This document shows, in pieces, positions 16,863 to 26,462 of a DNA stretch of 35,585 bases. The position numbers and the translations under genes were made by a program. A model generated the notes under the pieces. It did not search any database. It was not told the origin of the DNA and worked only from the letters and a program-made list of their open reading frames with translations. The DNA comes from Candidatus Bathyarchaeota archaeon (GTDB taxonomy: Archaea > Thermoproteota > Bathyarchaeia > Bathyarchaeales > SOJC01). Position 1 is the stretch's first letter. Each line of letters starts with the position of its first letter. The DNA is taken from contig JAGLZJ010000001.1 of the NCBI GenBank assembly GCA_023131555.1, forward strand, positions 1-35,585, in the 5' to 3' direction.

Positions 16863-18149
16863 TTGAGTGAGTATGATGCAATTGTTGTCGGAGCAGGCGT
16901 GATTGGATTAGCCACAGCCTACCATATGAAGAAGACTAGACCAAACGATCGGATTCTTGTTGTAGACAAGATGAGTGGGGCGGGACAAGGCAACACTGCA
17001 AAAAGTGCTGCAATGTTCAGATCCTTCTTCCACTCTCAAACAAATCTCACGCTCGTAGACACCACCGTTGAGTTCTTCAAGCACCTTCATAATCAGCTAG
17101 ACTACGACTTGAAGCTGAAATGGACGGGCTATCTCTGGCTTTTCTCGGAAGCTCAGTACTCTACAATTGAGCCAGTTCTCAAATCTATGTCTGAAAAAGG
17201 CTTGTCCTATCACATTTACGAAGAAGAAGAATTGGCAAATCATCTTTCCATGAGAACCAAGGTCTCAGAGGACGAGGAGGCACAAATGATGAAGCTGAAA
17301 GATGTGGATCGAGGAGTGTTCATTCCTAAAGCAGGATCAATCGACATAGATGCACTGGTCAAGTTCTATGAAACAGAGTTCAGAAGAATGGGCGGCGAGA
17401 TTCATTACAACACGGAGGTTGTGAGGATCATAATAGAGCCTGAAGAACCTCTTGGCATCCCAGACGAACCTTTCTTCTGGCAGAATTCAAGGGCGGCAGG
17501 AGTTGACACGCGCAGGGGGCGAATCCTAGCGAAGAAAACGGTGATTGCAGCAGGCGTATGGGCTAACATGTTGCTTCATAAAGTAGGAGTGTATGTTCCT
17601 ATGGTGCCCATAAAACGGCAACTCTTCTCAATCAAGGCCTCAAGACCAAGTCTGAGAAGTCTGCTTACAACTGAGGGTTTCAATTCCGAAAGGTGCCTTC
17701 CATTCACCATCTTGCCAGATCCACCAATATACATCAAACCAGCTTTAGATGAAGACGCCTTCTGGTTCAGCTTCGGTGACCATTTCCCGAGGGCCTTCAA
17801 ACTGGAGGATGACCCGCAACCTGAAGAGAATTTCTATCGATATGGAATATATCAAGTTGTCACCAAGTATTTCAGGCAGTTCCTTGGCGTATACCCTTAC
17901 AGTTCATGGGCAGGCCAATATGCACTCAACACAATTGACGGACAACCCATTGTGTTTGAAGAAAACGACCTGCTAGTAGTGGGAAGCTGTAGTGGAAGCG
18001 GAAATATGAAATGCGACGCAATCGGCAGGGTTGCAGCGGCGTTATACGTAAACCAAGCACATGCACCCTTATACGGGTCAACCGATTTCAGAGTGAGTGA
18101 CCTTAGCTTGGCAGACCGCAATGTAGACCCTGAAAAACTTATAATTTAG
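16863..18149 (+). CDS. FAD-dependent oxidoreductase (DAO/glycine-sarcosine oxidase-like family)
   Basis: YDAIVVGAGVIGLATAYHM is a GxGxxG dinucleotide fold at the N-terminus. The 428-aa length and the C-terminal VVGSCSGSGNM are typical of DAO-type flavoproteins. The start is TTG. The substrate cannot be inferred. Confidence 0.7.
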   Translation: MSEYDAIVVGAGVIGLATAYHMKKTRPNDRILVVDKMSGAGQGNTAKSAAMFRSFFHSQTNLTLVDTTVEFFKHLHNQLDYDLKLKWTGYLWLFSEAQYSTIEPVLKSMSEKGLSYHIYEEEELANHLSMRTKVSEDEEAQMMKLKDVDRGVFIPKAGSIDIDALVKFYETEFRRMGGEIHYNTEVVRIIIEPEEPLGIPDEPFFWQNSRAAGVDTRRGRILAKKTVIAAGVWANMLLHKVGVYVPMVPIKRQLFSIKASRPSLRSLLTTEGFNSERCLPFTILPDPPIYIKPALDEDAFWFSFGDHFPRAFKLEDDPQPEENFYRYGIYQVVTKYFRQFLGVYPYSSWAGQYALNTIDGQPIVFEENDLLVVGSCSGSGNMKCDAIGRVAAALYVNQAHAPLYGSTDFRVSDLSLADRNVDPEKLII

Positions 18150-18159
18150 GGGAGTAAGG

Positions 18160-19371
18160 ATGAAAGCTCATTATACTGCGGCTAAAAGAGCCTCCACCAT
18201 AAAATATGCAATCAGAGACGTTGTAAAATACGCAAAGGACCTGGAAGAAAAGGGGAATAAAATCTGTTATCTCAACATTGGGGACCCTGTGAAGTTTGAC
18301 TTCGACACACCGAAGCACCTTAAATCTGCACTGTGGGAAGCTGTGAAGAAGGGTGAAAACTGGTACGGTCCATCAGAAGGGCTTCTAAAGCTGAGGAAGG
18401 CGGTCTGCAGAAAAGAGAAGCGGATTAATGGAATCGACATCTCACCTGAAGATGTTGTGGTTACATCAGGTGTTTCGGAAGGCATACTTTTTACAATGGC
18501 TGCATTGATCGAGGGAGGAGACGAGGTGCTTGTGCCAGGTCCAACGTACCCTCCTTATACTTCATATTCTAAGTTTTTTGGAGGAACCCCGATCTCATAC
18601 AGAACCATTGAGGAAGAGGGGTGGAGACCGGACATAGCGGATATTAAGTCAAAAATCTCTGCCAAAACCAAATGTATTGTCCTGATAAGCCCGAATAACC
18701 CATGTGGGGCGGTATATGACTCTAGGACGATAGCTGAAATCTCCGAATTGGCGAATCAGAACGACTTAATCATTTTATCCGATGAAATCTACGACCGAAT
18801 TGTCTACGAAGAACGTTTCTCAAGCGCAGCCCGAGTCGCTAAGAATTCTTCAGTAATTGGATTGAATGGCTTCTCCAAGGTATATCTGGCTACAGGATGG
18901 AGAGTAGGGTACTTGTATTTCCACGACCCTGATGGAAGGCTAGACGTAATCAAAGAAAGTGTGAAGAAGCAGGCTAGAATAAGACTCTGCGCAAATACTC
19001 CGATTCAGAAGGCAGCAATCGCTGCACTAGACGGACCTCAAGACCACATTAAGCAGATGGTGGAGAAACTGCGTAAAAGGCGAGACTTTGCATGGAAACG
19101 GTTGAACCAGATTGAGGGAATAACTTGCTCAAAACCAAAGGGTGCATTCTACCTCTTCCCAAGGGTTCATGGAATAGGGCAACGTTGGAAAACCGACCGT
19201 GAATTTGTCTTGGAGGTTCTCCGTAAGACCGGTGTCCTTTTCGTTCATGGATCAGGCTTCTGCGAGACCTACGGAGCCGGGCACTTCAGAAGTGTGTTTC
19301 TTCCGCCGGTTGAAACCTTGACACATGCCTTCAACTTGTTAGAACAGTTCATGGAGTCCAAAGGGTCATAG
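18160..19371 (+). CDS. Class I/II pyridoxal-phosphate aminotransferase (alanine/aspartate aminotransferase-like)
   Basis: LNIGDPVKFDF, YGPSEG, LISPNNPCGAVY and the PLP-lysine context NGFSKVYLATGWRVGY. GGGGAG lies upstream of the ATG. Confidence 0.85.
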   Translation: MKAHYTAAKRASTIKYAIRDVVKYAKDLEEKGNKICYLNIGDPVKFDFDTPKHLKSALWEAVKKGENWYGPSEGLLKLRKAVCRKEKRINGIDISPEDVVVTSGVSEGILFTMAALIEGGDEVLVPGPTYPPYTSYSKFFGGTPISYRTIEEEGWRPDIADIKSKISAKTKCIVLISPNNPCGAVYDSRTIAEISELANQNDLIILSDEIYDRIVYEERFSSAARVAKNSSVIGLNGFSKVYLATGWRVGYLYFHDPDGRLDVIKESVKKQARIRLCANTPIQKAAIAALDGPQDHIKQMVEKLRKRRDFAWKRLNQIEGITCSKPKGAFYLFPRVHGIGQRWKTDREFVLEVLRKTGVLFVHGSGFCETYGAGHFRSVFLPPVETLTHAFNLLEQFMESKGS

Positions 19372-19372
19372 C

Positions 19373-20266
19373 TTACCTGACTGGTACTCCATGGTCTGGA
19401 TCTTTGACTAGCTGGTGGTATTTCTCCATCAGTCTCTTGGTTACTGAACCAGGTTTACCGTCGCCGATTTTTCGCTTGTTAATTTCGACTACTGGAACGA
19501 TCTCAGCAGCTGTTCCTGTGAAGAATGCTTCATCAGCGAGGAAGAGGTCTGCAGGCGTGATGTCTTTCTTCACGACAACATATCCAAGTGCTTCTGCAAT
19601 TTCGATGGCAACTTGCCTCGTAATGCCACGGAGAGCTCCAGTAGAAGTTGGAGGAGTCACAACGACATCGTTTGAGACTATGAAGATGTTCTCTGCAACG
19701 CCCTCGCAGACAAAGCCTTCCTTATTCAGGCATATCGCTTCGTCGACTTGTGCGTTGTTGGCTTCGAGCTTGGCCAGTATGCTGTTTAGGTAATTCAAGG
19801 ATTTGATTTCGTGGCTTGTTGCATCTACTGGATCACGTTTAACCCAAGTGATTATAGCTGTAAGGCCGTTCTCCTTTGCCTCTCTTCCGTGGAGCTTGAT
19901 TTCGTCAGTGATTATTATCACTGTTGGCTTTGGACACTTTCTAGGGTCAAGACCTAAATCGCCTTCACCTCGGGAAACAACTAAGCGTATGTAAGAGTCC
20001 TCATACAACCCGTTTTTTTTCAGAGACTCAACCACAGCATTGAGCATCTGATCTTTAGTCAGCGGAATGTCCAACATGATTGCTTTGGCAGATGAATACA
20101 GCCGGTCAATGTGTTCACGAAGCTTGAAGACGTTGCCACTGTATGCTCGTATTCCTTCAAATATCCCATCGCCATACAGGAATCCATGATTATACACCGA
20201 GATTTTCGCTTCGGATTTCGGGAAGTATTCTCCGTCAATGTATATCAAAAGTTCTTCTTTCTTCAT
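19373..20266 (-). CDS. ilvE: Branched-chain amino acid aminotransferase (fold type IV)
   Basis: YIDGEYFPKSEAKISVYNHGFLYGDGIFEGIRAY, IRLVVSRG, HEIKSLNYLNSILAK, EGVAENIFIV and GITR. Confidence 0.9.
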   Translation of the reverse strand: MKKEELLIYIDGEYFPKSEAKISVYNHGFLYGDGIFEGIRAYSGNVFKLREHIDRLYSSAKAIMLDIPLTKDQMLNAVVESLKKNGLYEDSYIRLVVSRGEGDLGLDPRKCPKPTVIIITDEIKLHGREAKENGLTAIITWVKRDPVDATSHEIKSLNYLNSILAKLEANNAQVDEAICLNKEGFVCEGVAENIFIVSNDVVVTPPTSTGALRGITRQVAIEIAEALGYVVVKKDITPADLFLADEAFFTGTAAEIVPVVEINKRKIGDGKPGSVTKRLMEKYHQLVKDPDHGVPVR

Positions 20267-20340
20267 TCCGCGACACCTTTTAAGAATCTTACAGTGTTCA
20301 AGATCATCTGATATAGTTTTTGATCTTGGGTTCTGTGAGG

Positions 20341-22200
20341 TTATCCATAGAATTGAGGGCGTTTAGATAATCGAGTAGGGAGAGGTAGGGGTCTCCACGG
20401 TTTCCCTTGAATCTCTTTCGTTGCTTTTTCCAGAAACTCTTGAAGGGGGATGTCCTTAATTTTCCCAGTAGATCTGTCGCGCACGGACAGTAAGCCCGAA
20501 TCCAGCTCTTTCTGGCCAATCGCAACCACGTAGTTAATCCATTCCATCTCAGCCGCTCTCACTTTCTTCTGCATTGTAAGGGGACGATCATCCAAATCCA
20601 CGCGGAGCTTATGGTTCGTAATCTGTTCAGCGATTTCTTCGGCGCTTTCTATGAATTTGTCTGATACCGGTATTACTCTGATCTGTGTGGGAGAGAGCCA
20701 CAGCGGAAAGATCGGTGGTTTTCCCTTCTTTTGGTCTTTGTAAGCTTTCTCCAAAAGCGCGTAGATGCATCTTTCGATGCCCCCGCTAGGTGAGCAGTGG
20801 AGAATAATTGGATACTGCCGTCCTCCATCGTGATCAACGTAAGTGATGTCATATCTTCTGGCATTTTCAACATCAAGCTGATCTGTTGACAGTGCTGAGG
20901 CTTTCTCCTGGTTGTCTATAAAATTGAATTCCCACTTGAGAACCCAATACAGGATCTTTTCCCCAAACATCTCAACAAGGGCAGGTTTATCTAAAAATCT
21001 AACCAAAGAAGTAATGAAGTCCTTGTTAGTTTCATAGAAGTCCTTTGTGAATCGGATTCCAAGTTCATAGTCTCCACGGGATAGCCCTAGACCCTCAAGA
21101 GTCTCTCTGCACAAATTGAAGCGCTCAAGAAACTCTTCCTTCGCTTGTTCTAGATTGGAGCAGAGGGCGTGGCAGTCGGGCATTGTAAAAGCGCGCTGTC
21201 TCCGCAATCCTGCAAGTTCACCACTTTTCTCCCGTCTGAAACTGTATCTTGTCAGTTCATACATCCTTAAGGGAAGTTGACGATAGGAGAATTGGGCATC
21301 GTGAAGAATTAAGAATTGACCAAAACAAGCTGCAAATCTGAGAAAAAGATCCTTCTCTTCAGATTGGATGAGATATTGCCTAGCGGGGAACCGGTCAAGG
21401 TAACTGCTCAGCGTAGGATGGTGAAAGTCGTACATGACCGGCGTCTCAACTTCCATAGCTCCATACTCCATCATGATGGTGGTGACAAACTGTTCAAGGA
21501 GAGATTTGATCAACCGTCCTTTCGGATACCATCTTAGATTTCCTGGATCGCTACCCGGCTCATAATCCGCGATCTCAAGCTTCCTCATCAGCTTTATGTG
21601 TGGAGGCATCTCTCGGCTGACTCTCACCTTTGAGATCTCGTATTCTGCAAACTTTGCTAGTTCTTTGTGCTTTGAGAAATCAAAATCCTTGACGGGAGCA
21701 ATATCCCCGTCTGGTGATAACACGTACCAAGAGGACTCACGTTTCTCTTCCGCTTTCAACGCTTCTGAAACTTTTTCTTGCATTTGAGGCTCTTTAAGAA
21801 TGACTCGTGACTGTTCCGCTAGTGGGTGACCTTTTACTGAGATCGTGAACTGTTTGTTCCAGCCAAAAGGTGCACGATAAGCTTCAATCTTGGCATCTTG
21901 GGCAATTCGCTCCATTGCTCTTACTACTCGGAGTGCTAGTGAAGGACTTGCCAAGTTAGCACTTAGATGAGCGTAGGGGTAAATCAGAACCCTATTCATC
22001 TTAAGTTTGTCAAGGAAGGCCTTGACTTGCGTAATGGCTTGCGCTGCTACTGTTTCATCATCGCCTTTCTCAACAGCAGTAAAGAGTACGAGTACATCGT
22101 CTATTCGGCTCTCTTTTTTCTCCGCTTCCTCTGCTTCCGCGATCTCTTTCTTTACTGGCTTGTATGTGATGTATTTAGAGTGAAGTTGAAGGATTCGCAA
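20341..22200 (-). CDS. thrS: Threonyl-tRNA synthetase, archaeal type with N-terminal archaea-specific editing domain
   Basis: 619 aa. The N-terminus MRILQLHSKYITYKPVKKEI...VLIYPYAHLS...APFGWNKQFTISVKGHP is the DTD-like editing domain. A class II core (FRREKSGELAGLRRQRAFTMPDCH, HCSPSGGIERCIYALLE) and an anticodon-binding domain follow. Confidence 0.93.
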   Translation of the reverse strand: MRILQLHSKYITYKPVKKEIAEAEEAEKKESRIDDVLVLFTAVEKGDDETVAAQAITQVKAFLDKLKMNRVLIYPYAHLSANLASPSLALRVVRAMERIAQDAKIEAYRAPFGWNKQFTISVKGHPLAEQSRVILKEPQMQEKVSEALKAEEKRESSWYVLSPDGDIAPVKDFDFSKHKELAKFAEYEISKVRVSREMPPHIKLMRKLEIADYEPGSDPGNLRWYPKGRLIKSLLEQFVTTIMMEYGAMEVETPVMYDFHHPTLSSYLDRFPARQYLIQSEEKDLFLRFAACFGQFLILHDAQFSYRQLPLRMYELTRYSFRREKSGELAGLRRQRAFTMPDCHALCSNLEQAKEEFLERFNLCRETLEGLGLSRGDYELGIRFTKDFYETNKDFITSLVRFLDKPALVEMFGEKILYWVLKWEFNFIDNQEKASALSTDQLDVENARRYDITYVDHDGGRQYPIILHCSPSGGIERCIYALLEKAYKDQKKGKPPIFPLWLSPTQIRVIPVSDKFIESAEEIAEQITNHKLRVDLDDRPLTMQKKVRAAEMEWINYVVAIGQKELDSGLLSVRDRSTGKIKDIPLQEFLEKATKEIQGKPWRPLPLPTRLSKRPQFYG

Positions 22201-22281
22201 ATCTACGCCTCTGTCAATCCGTTCTCATCAATGGCCAGCCAGCTTAAAAAATGGTTGGGGGGGAAGCTCGTTGGATTCTGA

Positions 22282-22623
22282 TCAGTACGAATCTCTCTGT
22301 CTCCACCTCTCCAATGTTCTTTCTTTTCTTGTGGCTTTCTTAAACTCTTTATAGTGTTCTTTACAGAGGTAAGCTCGCTTTTCAGAACCAATTTTCAACC
22401 CTGCTGAGGTAACCTTTCCTGCGCCAATAGATCGGACTGCTACATTTCCACAACCTAGGACACTGCACTTCTCGCCTTTTTCGATCCTTCCCAAGGTGAA
22501 ACCTCTTACAAGTTCGTATGTTGCATGCGTGTATATTTTGGTTGTCCTTGACTCTGCTATGGAGGGGATTGCAGCGATGGTGGTTCGTGCAGCAGACGGA
22601 GCGTGGATATATATAAGAGTCAT
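22282..22623 (-). CDS. Small basic Cys/His protein of unknown function (true start probably internal)
   Basis: The conserved-looking part is GRIEKGEKCSVLGCGNVAVRSI...RAYLCKEHYKEFKKATRKERTLERWRQR (CxxxC ... CxxH). The first 43 codons of the track ORF are low-complexity and would leave only about 28 bp to the divergent eS26 gene. TTG at 22494 (about 70 aa), with an AAAATATAC element about 40 nt upstream, is a plausible start. Confidence 0.45.
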   Translation of the reverse strand: MTLIYIHAPSAARTTIAAIPSIAESRTTKIYTHATYELVRGFTLGRIEKGEKCSVLGCGNVAVRSIGAGKVTSAGLKIGSEKRAYLCKEHYKEFKKATRKERTLERWRQRDSY

Positions 22624-22651
22624 TGCAGATCAAATGTTGACGCAAGGTTGA

Positions 22652-22951
22652 GTGTTGTATTTGCCCGTTAAACGGAAAAGTCGCGGAAGATCCAAGGGCG
22701 CAAAAGGGAGGGGTTCAAATATTCAATGTCATAGTTGTGGTCAAACTGTGCCACGTGACAAGGCTAAACGTGTTTCTAAAAGGATTTCGATGGTGGATTA
22801 TGTCCTGAGCAAGGAGTTGCGACAGAAGGGTGCATACATTGCATCGCCCGTGACAACAAAGTACTATTGCGTCTCCTGTGCCGTCCATCGAGGCGTGGTA
22901 AAGGTTCGATCGAAGAGCGAACGTAAGGGGCGGAGAAAGGGAAGGCGTTAA
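22652..22951 (+). CDS. rps26e: 30S ribosomal protein eS26
   Basis: PVKRKSRGRSKGAKGRGSNIQCHSCGQTVPRDKA...YYCVSCAVHRG is the eS26 Zn-ribbon signature. The start is GTG 22652 or, better matching the family N-terminus, TTG 22661. Confidence 0.9.
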   Translation: MLYLPVKRKSRGRSKGAKGRGSNIQCHSCGQTVPRDKAKRVSKRISMVDYVLSKELRQKGAYIASPVTTKYYCVSCAVHRGVVKVRSKSERKGRRKGRR

Positions 22952-23556
22952 TTCAGGCTTTCAGCAATCCTCGTATTTTTGTAGAAGTAGTACGACCGAT
23001 GCATGACAGTGAAATGTGTCAAGGCTGCAAGGACGATGATGCTCCAAGAGAGCGCTTCAAATCGAAAGGGAGTAAGGAAACTGCCTGCTGCTAGAATTAT
23101 CATTCTCTCTGCTCTCTCTGCTAAACCCATTGTCTCCATCTTGAGTCCCGCAGCTTCTGCTCGTGCACGTGAATAGCTGACGAGCAGACTTCCTACCAGA
23201 GCAACTGCCCCCCAGAGAGGATCACACAGACCAGCTACAATAATGGCGATCAGAACGAAAGCATCTGCATACCGATCCAACAGGGAATCAAAGAACCCCC
23301 CTACGATTGTGGCTTCTCCATACAGTCGAGCAACTGTACCGTCGAGAGTGTCAAGAAAACCAGATACTAGGAAAAAGATCGCGGCAAGGGGAACGAAGGC
23401 ATGATTAAATCTCCAAGTTAGAAAAAAACACCCAGCCAAGGCTGCAAAAAATATTCCCAGAATGCTAATCTTGTTCGGGGTCATCCCAGCGTTGTGAAGA
23501 ATCCTCGCTTCAGTCTTAAGCATTGATTGAAACTGCTCTTTGAAGCGTGTGAGCAT
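22948..23556 (-). CDS. CDP-alcohol phosphatidyltransferase family protein (archaeal polar-lipid headgroup synthase)
   Basis: Signature D-G-x2-A-R-x8-G-x3-D-x3-D, seen as LDGTVARLYGEATIVGGFFDSLLDRYAD. About 6 TM segments in 202 aa. The headgroup specificity is not determinable from the sequence. Confidence 0.85.
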   Translation of the reverse strand: MLTRFKEQFQSMLKTEARILHNAGMTPNKISILGIFFAALAGCFFLTWRFNHAFVPLAAIFFLVSGFLDTLDGTVARLYGEATIVGGFFDSLLDRYADAFVLIAIIVAGLCDPLWGAVALVGSLLVSYSRARAEAAGLKMETMGLAERAERMIILAAGSFLTPFRFEALSWSIIVLAALTHFTVMHRSYYFYKNTRIAESLN

Positions 23557-23680
23557 ACTGTCTAATCACCCATTTTCTTCGAAGAAGCAGATGTGACGAA
23601 ATCTCTCGACCTAGTTAGCGTTTCCCTGAATATGGAAGCACAGCGCATGCTGATTCAGCCTCACAAGAGCGTTTCTCTCA

Positions 23681-25117
23681 TCAGTACGCTATGGCCAGTC
23701 TCACCAAGCTCGAGGCTTTCTTTCCACATGAAGCACATCTACCTTCTGTCTTTTCCTCAATATCAATTGGAACTCCAAGCAACTTTGCGTTCACTTGTTC
23801 AAGACCGTGGCCACAGTCTTCAGTCCCACACCAGAATACTTCCACAATTCCGCCTTTTTTTGCCAAGATCCCTTTTGCTTTTTCCAAGGTGTCAACTCGG
23901 AAAATTCTCGAGTTCATCCAACTCCATGCTTTCGTTCTCATATCTGTTGACATCTGCTCCACTATTTGGCGCACCTCGAGAGGCAAATCGTCTAAGACAC
24001 AGGCCTTCTTCTCAAAAGTATCCCGACGGACAACGATGGCCTGCTTCTTCTTGATGTCTCTGGGACCGATTTCGATTCGAATCGGAACGCCACGAAGCTC
24101 CCAATAGAAGAACTTTGCTCCGGGTGTCAACTCCTCTCGTTTATCAACCTTAACGCGGAAGCCTGAATCCGAAAGCTTCTCTGCAACTGTTTCACTTACA
24201 GCTAATATTGACGGCATAACTTCTTTGTCAGGTATCGGGATAATGACGACCTGTGTTGGTGCGAGGTTGGGGATCAGCACAACGCCATTGTCGTCGCCGT
24301 GAACGCTTAGTTGGGCGCCGATTCCACGTTCGCTTATTCCATAGCATGTTTGGCAGACGTTTTCATGTTCGCCGTTTGAAGCTTCATACGTTATATCAAA
24401 AACGGTGGAGAAATTTTTCCCTAGATTGTGTATGGTTCCTGACTGCATTGTACGTCCATCAGGCATTAGAACGTCAAAGGCAACTGAGTAGAGAGAGCCT
24501 GGAAACTTGTCCCAATCTGGGCGTCGACTGATCAGATATGGCACACCGCATGCATCGAAGAAGCGCTTATAGATTCCAATAGCTTCGGAGACCTGTTCTT
24601 CCGCTTCCTCCAGCGTGGCATGGCAAGTGTGGGCTTCCTTGAAGGTGGTGACTTCACGCACCCTGATGATTGGTCTAGTTGTCTTTGTTTCATATCTGAA
24701 CACGCTGCCAATCTGGTACATCTTAATTGGTAAATCGGCGTGGCTTCGAATCCAAAGTTTGAACATTGGATACATTGCTGTTTCACTCGTCGGTCTCAAA
24801 GCATATCGTATCTTCAAGGGTTTTCTGCCGCCGTGAGTCACCCAGAACACCTCGTTTTCAAAGTCCTTGATGTGGGATGCTTCCTTTCGAAGATTCGGCT
24901 CGGTCACCATTATGGGAAACAGTACTTCTTCATGTCCGGACTTGTCATGCAAATCTCTGAGAAGGTTGGTTACCATTCGACGTATCTGGAAACCATAAGG
25001 GAGCCAGACACCGCAACCTTTGATTGGATAACGATAATCCAGAATTCCTGCTTCGACAAGTACTTTCCGAAACCATTCGCCGAAATTTGTATTACGTTTC
25101 GCGAGGGGGGGGGTCAT
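23681..25117 (-). CDS. proS: Prolyl-tRNA synthetase (archaeal/eukaryotic type)
   Basis: 478 aa. Motifs: FGEWF..VL..AGILDYRYPIKGCGVWLPYG, LRPTSETAMYPMF, FRYETK.TRP..R.REV. There is a C-terminal Zn-binding domain ending in the conserved terminal Tyr (...LAIAY). Confidence 0.93.
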   Translation of the reverse strand: MTPPLAKRNTNFGEWFRKVLVEAGILDYRYPIKGCGVWLPYGFQIRRMVTNLLRDLHDKSGHEEVLFPIMVTEPNLRKEASHIKDFENEVFWVTHGGRKPLKIRYALRPTSETAMYPMFKLWIRSHADLPIKMYQIGSVFRYETKTTRPIIRVREVTTFKEAHTCHATLEEAEEQVSEAIGIYKRFFDACGVPYLISRRPDWDKFPGSLYSVAFDVLMPDGRTMQSGTIHNLGKNFSTVFDITYEASNGEHENVCQTCYGISERGIGAQLSVHGDDNGVVLIPNLAPTQVVIIPIPDKEVMPSILAVSETVAEKLSDSGFRVKVDKREELTPGAKFFYWELRGVPIRIEIGPRDIKKKQAIVVRRDTFEKKACVLDDLPLEVRQIVEQMSTDMRTKAWSWMNSRIFRVDTLEKAKGILAKKGGIVEVFWCGTEDCGHGLEQVNAKLLGVPIDIEEKTEGRCASCGKKASSLVRLAIAY

Positions 25118-25153
25118 ATGCTATAGCAACCTTTGCATTCTATCCAATCTTCC

Positions 25154-26407
25154 TTATTTTAAGGTTAAACGTTGACTATTCTTTTTCTGAGTACTAGCGG
25201 CGATCTCGGCTACAATTATTTCTTTGATGGTTTTCGCTGACGCATCTGTTTTCACTGCAGTCGGTTTAAAATGCGTTAGACCAGCTTGGTGCCCTTTCTT
25301 CTGTAGCTCTGAAATTATCTTTTTCACTGAAGGAACAGGCAGATTCAGGCTGTCGCAGATTCTGTCTACAACGTAGAACGTTGCAGGAGCGTTTGCTTCC
25401 TGCTTTATTTGAGTAAGAAGCTTAGTTACTTTATACACTCGTCTTTTCGGAAGACTGCACCGTGCTTCTTCGAGCATTAAGGTCACAAAATGCTCATCAA
25501 TGAGTCTGCCTACCCAGAGAGGTCCAGCAACGCTCAGCTTCTCGTGGCATTCTGGACAAGTGTTCGATCCGAGGAGAAACATGTGACCCGTCACTTTGCG
25601 GTGGAAGCAAGAGAAGCAATGTTTTATCAGGCCCAGTTGTTTGAGGCTTGCATCTGCTCTCTTGGCTCCACTCTCTACAATTACATAAAGTCGGATGTAA
25701 TGCGCTACGTAGTAGCTGAAGACTACTCGGACAGAAAGGTCAAACTTCGCCACAGACCTCACGACAGCCCCGGTCAAGAGGCGGATTGCCAGTTCATGGC
25801 AGTACTCGGTTCGAAGTGGGAAACCACCATATCTCCGAAAACAAGGTCGAGGATAGACTCCGCATAATGAGGCTAGATCTGTAGCTGTTAGAGCTAAGAG
25901 GCCCCCTCGCCTCAAGGACCTAATCGCAGAGTCTACAAAGGGCATCGGTGATCCAAAAGGGTCAATGTCAACACAGTCAAAACGTCGCCGTGGAGACGCA
26001 TAGTGACTCAGCAAGTCATTAGCATCCTTGTTCTCGACTGCAACCTTCTCATCCAGACCGTTCTCTTTAACATTCCATTCAGCCAGCTTGGAAGCTTCTG
26101 AGCTAAGGTCATTGACGATTACTTTTTTGACGTTCTCAACTTCACGTGCAAAACGTATTCCCCTAATTCCGCATCCAGCTAACGGTTCACAGACAGTTAG
26201 ATCACGCTGTACAAGACTGTGTAGAACTCTAAGGCTCAGAACAGCAATGTCTCTATTTAGCTCCATTACAGGATTAAAGAAAACAGGTGCCTTAGCTGGT
26301 GCATAATCAGAAGGGGCTTTGGCGAATGCTTTTAGCTCTGGTACAACAACAGAAACAGCTCCTTCAGATGCATTGGCTGTCGGAAAAGAGAACCGCAATT
26401 CTTTCAC
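25154..26407 (-). CDS. trm1: tRNA (guanine26-N2)-dimethyltransferase Trm1
   Basis: FFNPVMELNRDIAV, CEPLAGCGIRGIRFA, VDIDPFGSP and a Cys cluster CFSCF...CPEC. The start is GTG at 26407. Confidence 0.9.
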   Translation of the reverse strand: MKELRFSFPTANASEGAVSVVVPELKAFAKAPSDYAPAKAPVFFNPVMELNRDIAVLSLRVLHSLVQRDLTVCEPLAGCGIRGIRFAREVENVKKVIVNDLSSEASKLAEWNVKENGLDEKVAVENKDANDLLSHYASPRRRFDCVDIDPFGSPMPFVDSAIRSLRRGGLLALTATDLASLCGVYPRPCFRRYGGFPLRTEYCHELAIRLLTGAVVRSVAKFDLSVRVVFSYYVAHYIRLYVIVESGAKRADASLKQLGLIKHCFSCFHRKVTGHMFLLGSNTCPECHEKLSVAGPLWVGRLIDEHFVTLMLEEARCSLPKRRVYKVTKLLTQIKQEANAPATFYVVDRICDSLNLPVPSVKKIISELQKKGHQAGLTHFKPTAVKTDASAKTIKEIIVAEIAASTQKKNSQRLTLK

Positions 26408-26462
26408 TCAGAAAAAGGGTGGATTCAAAGCTTAAAAAGCTGTTTTCTTCAATATTTCCAGG

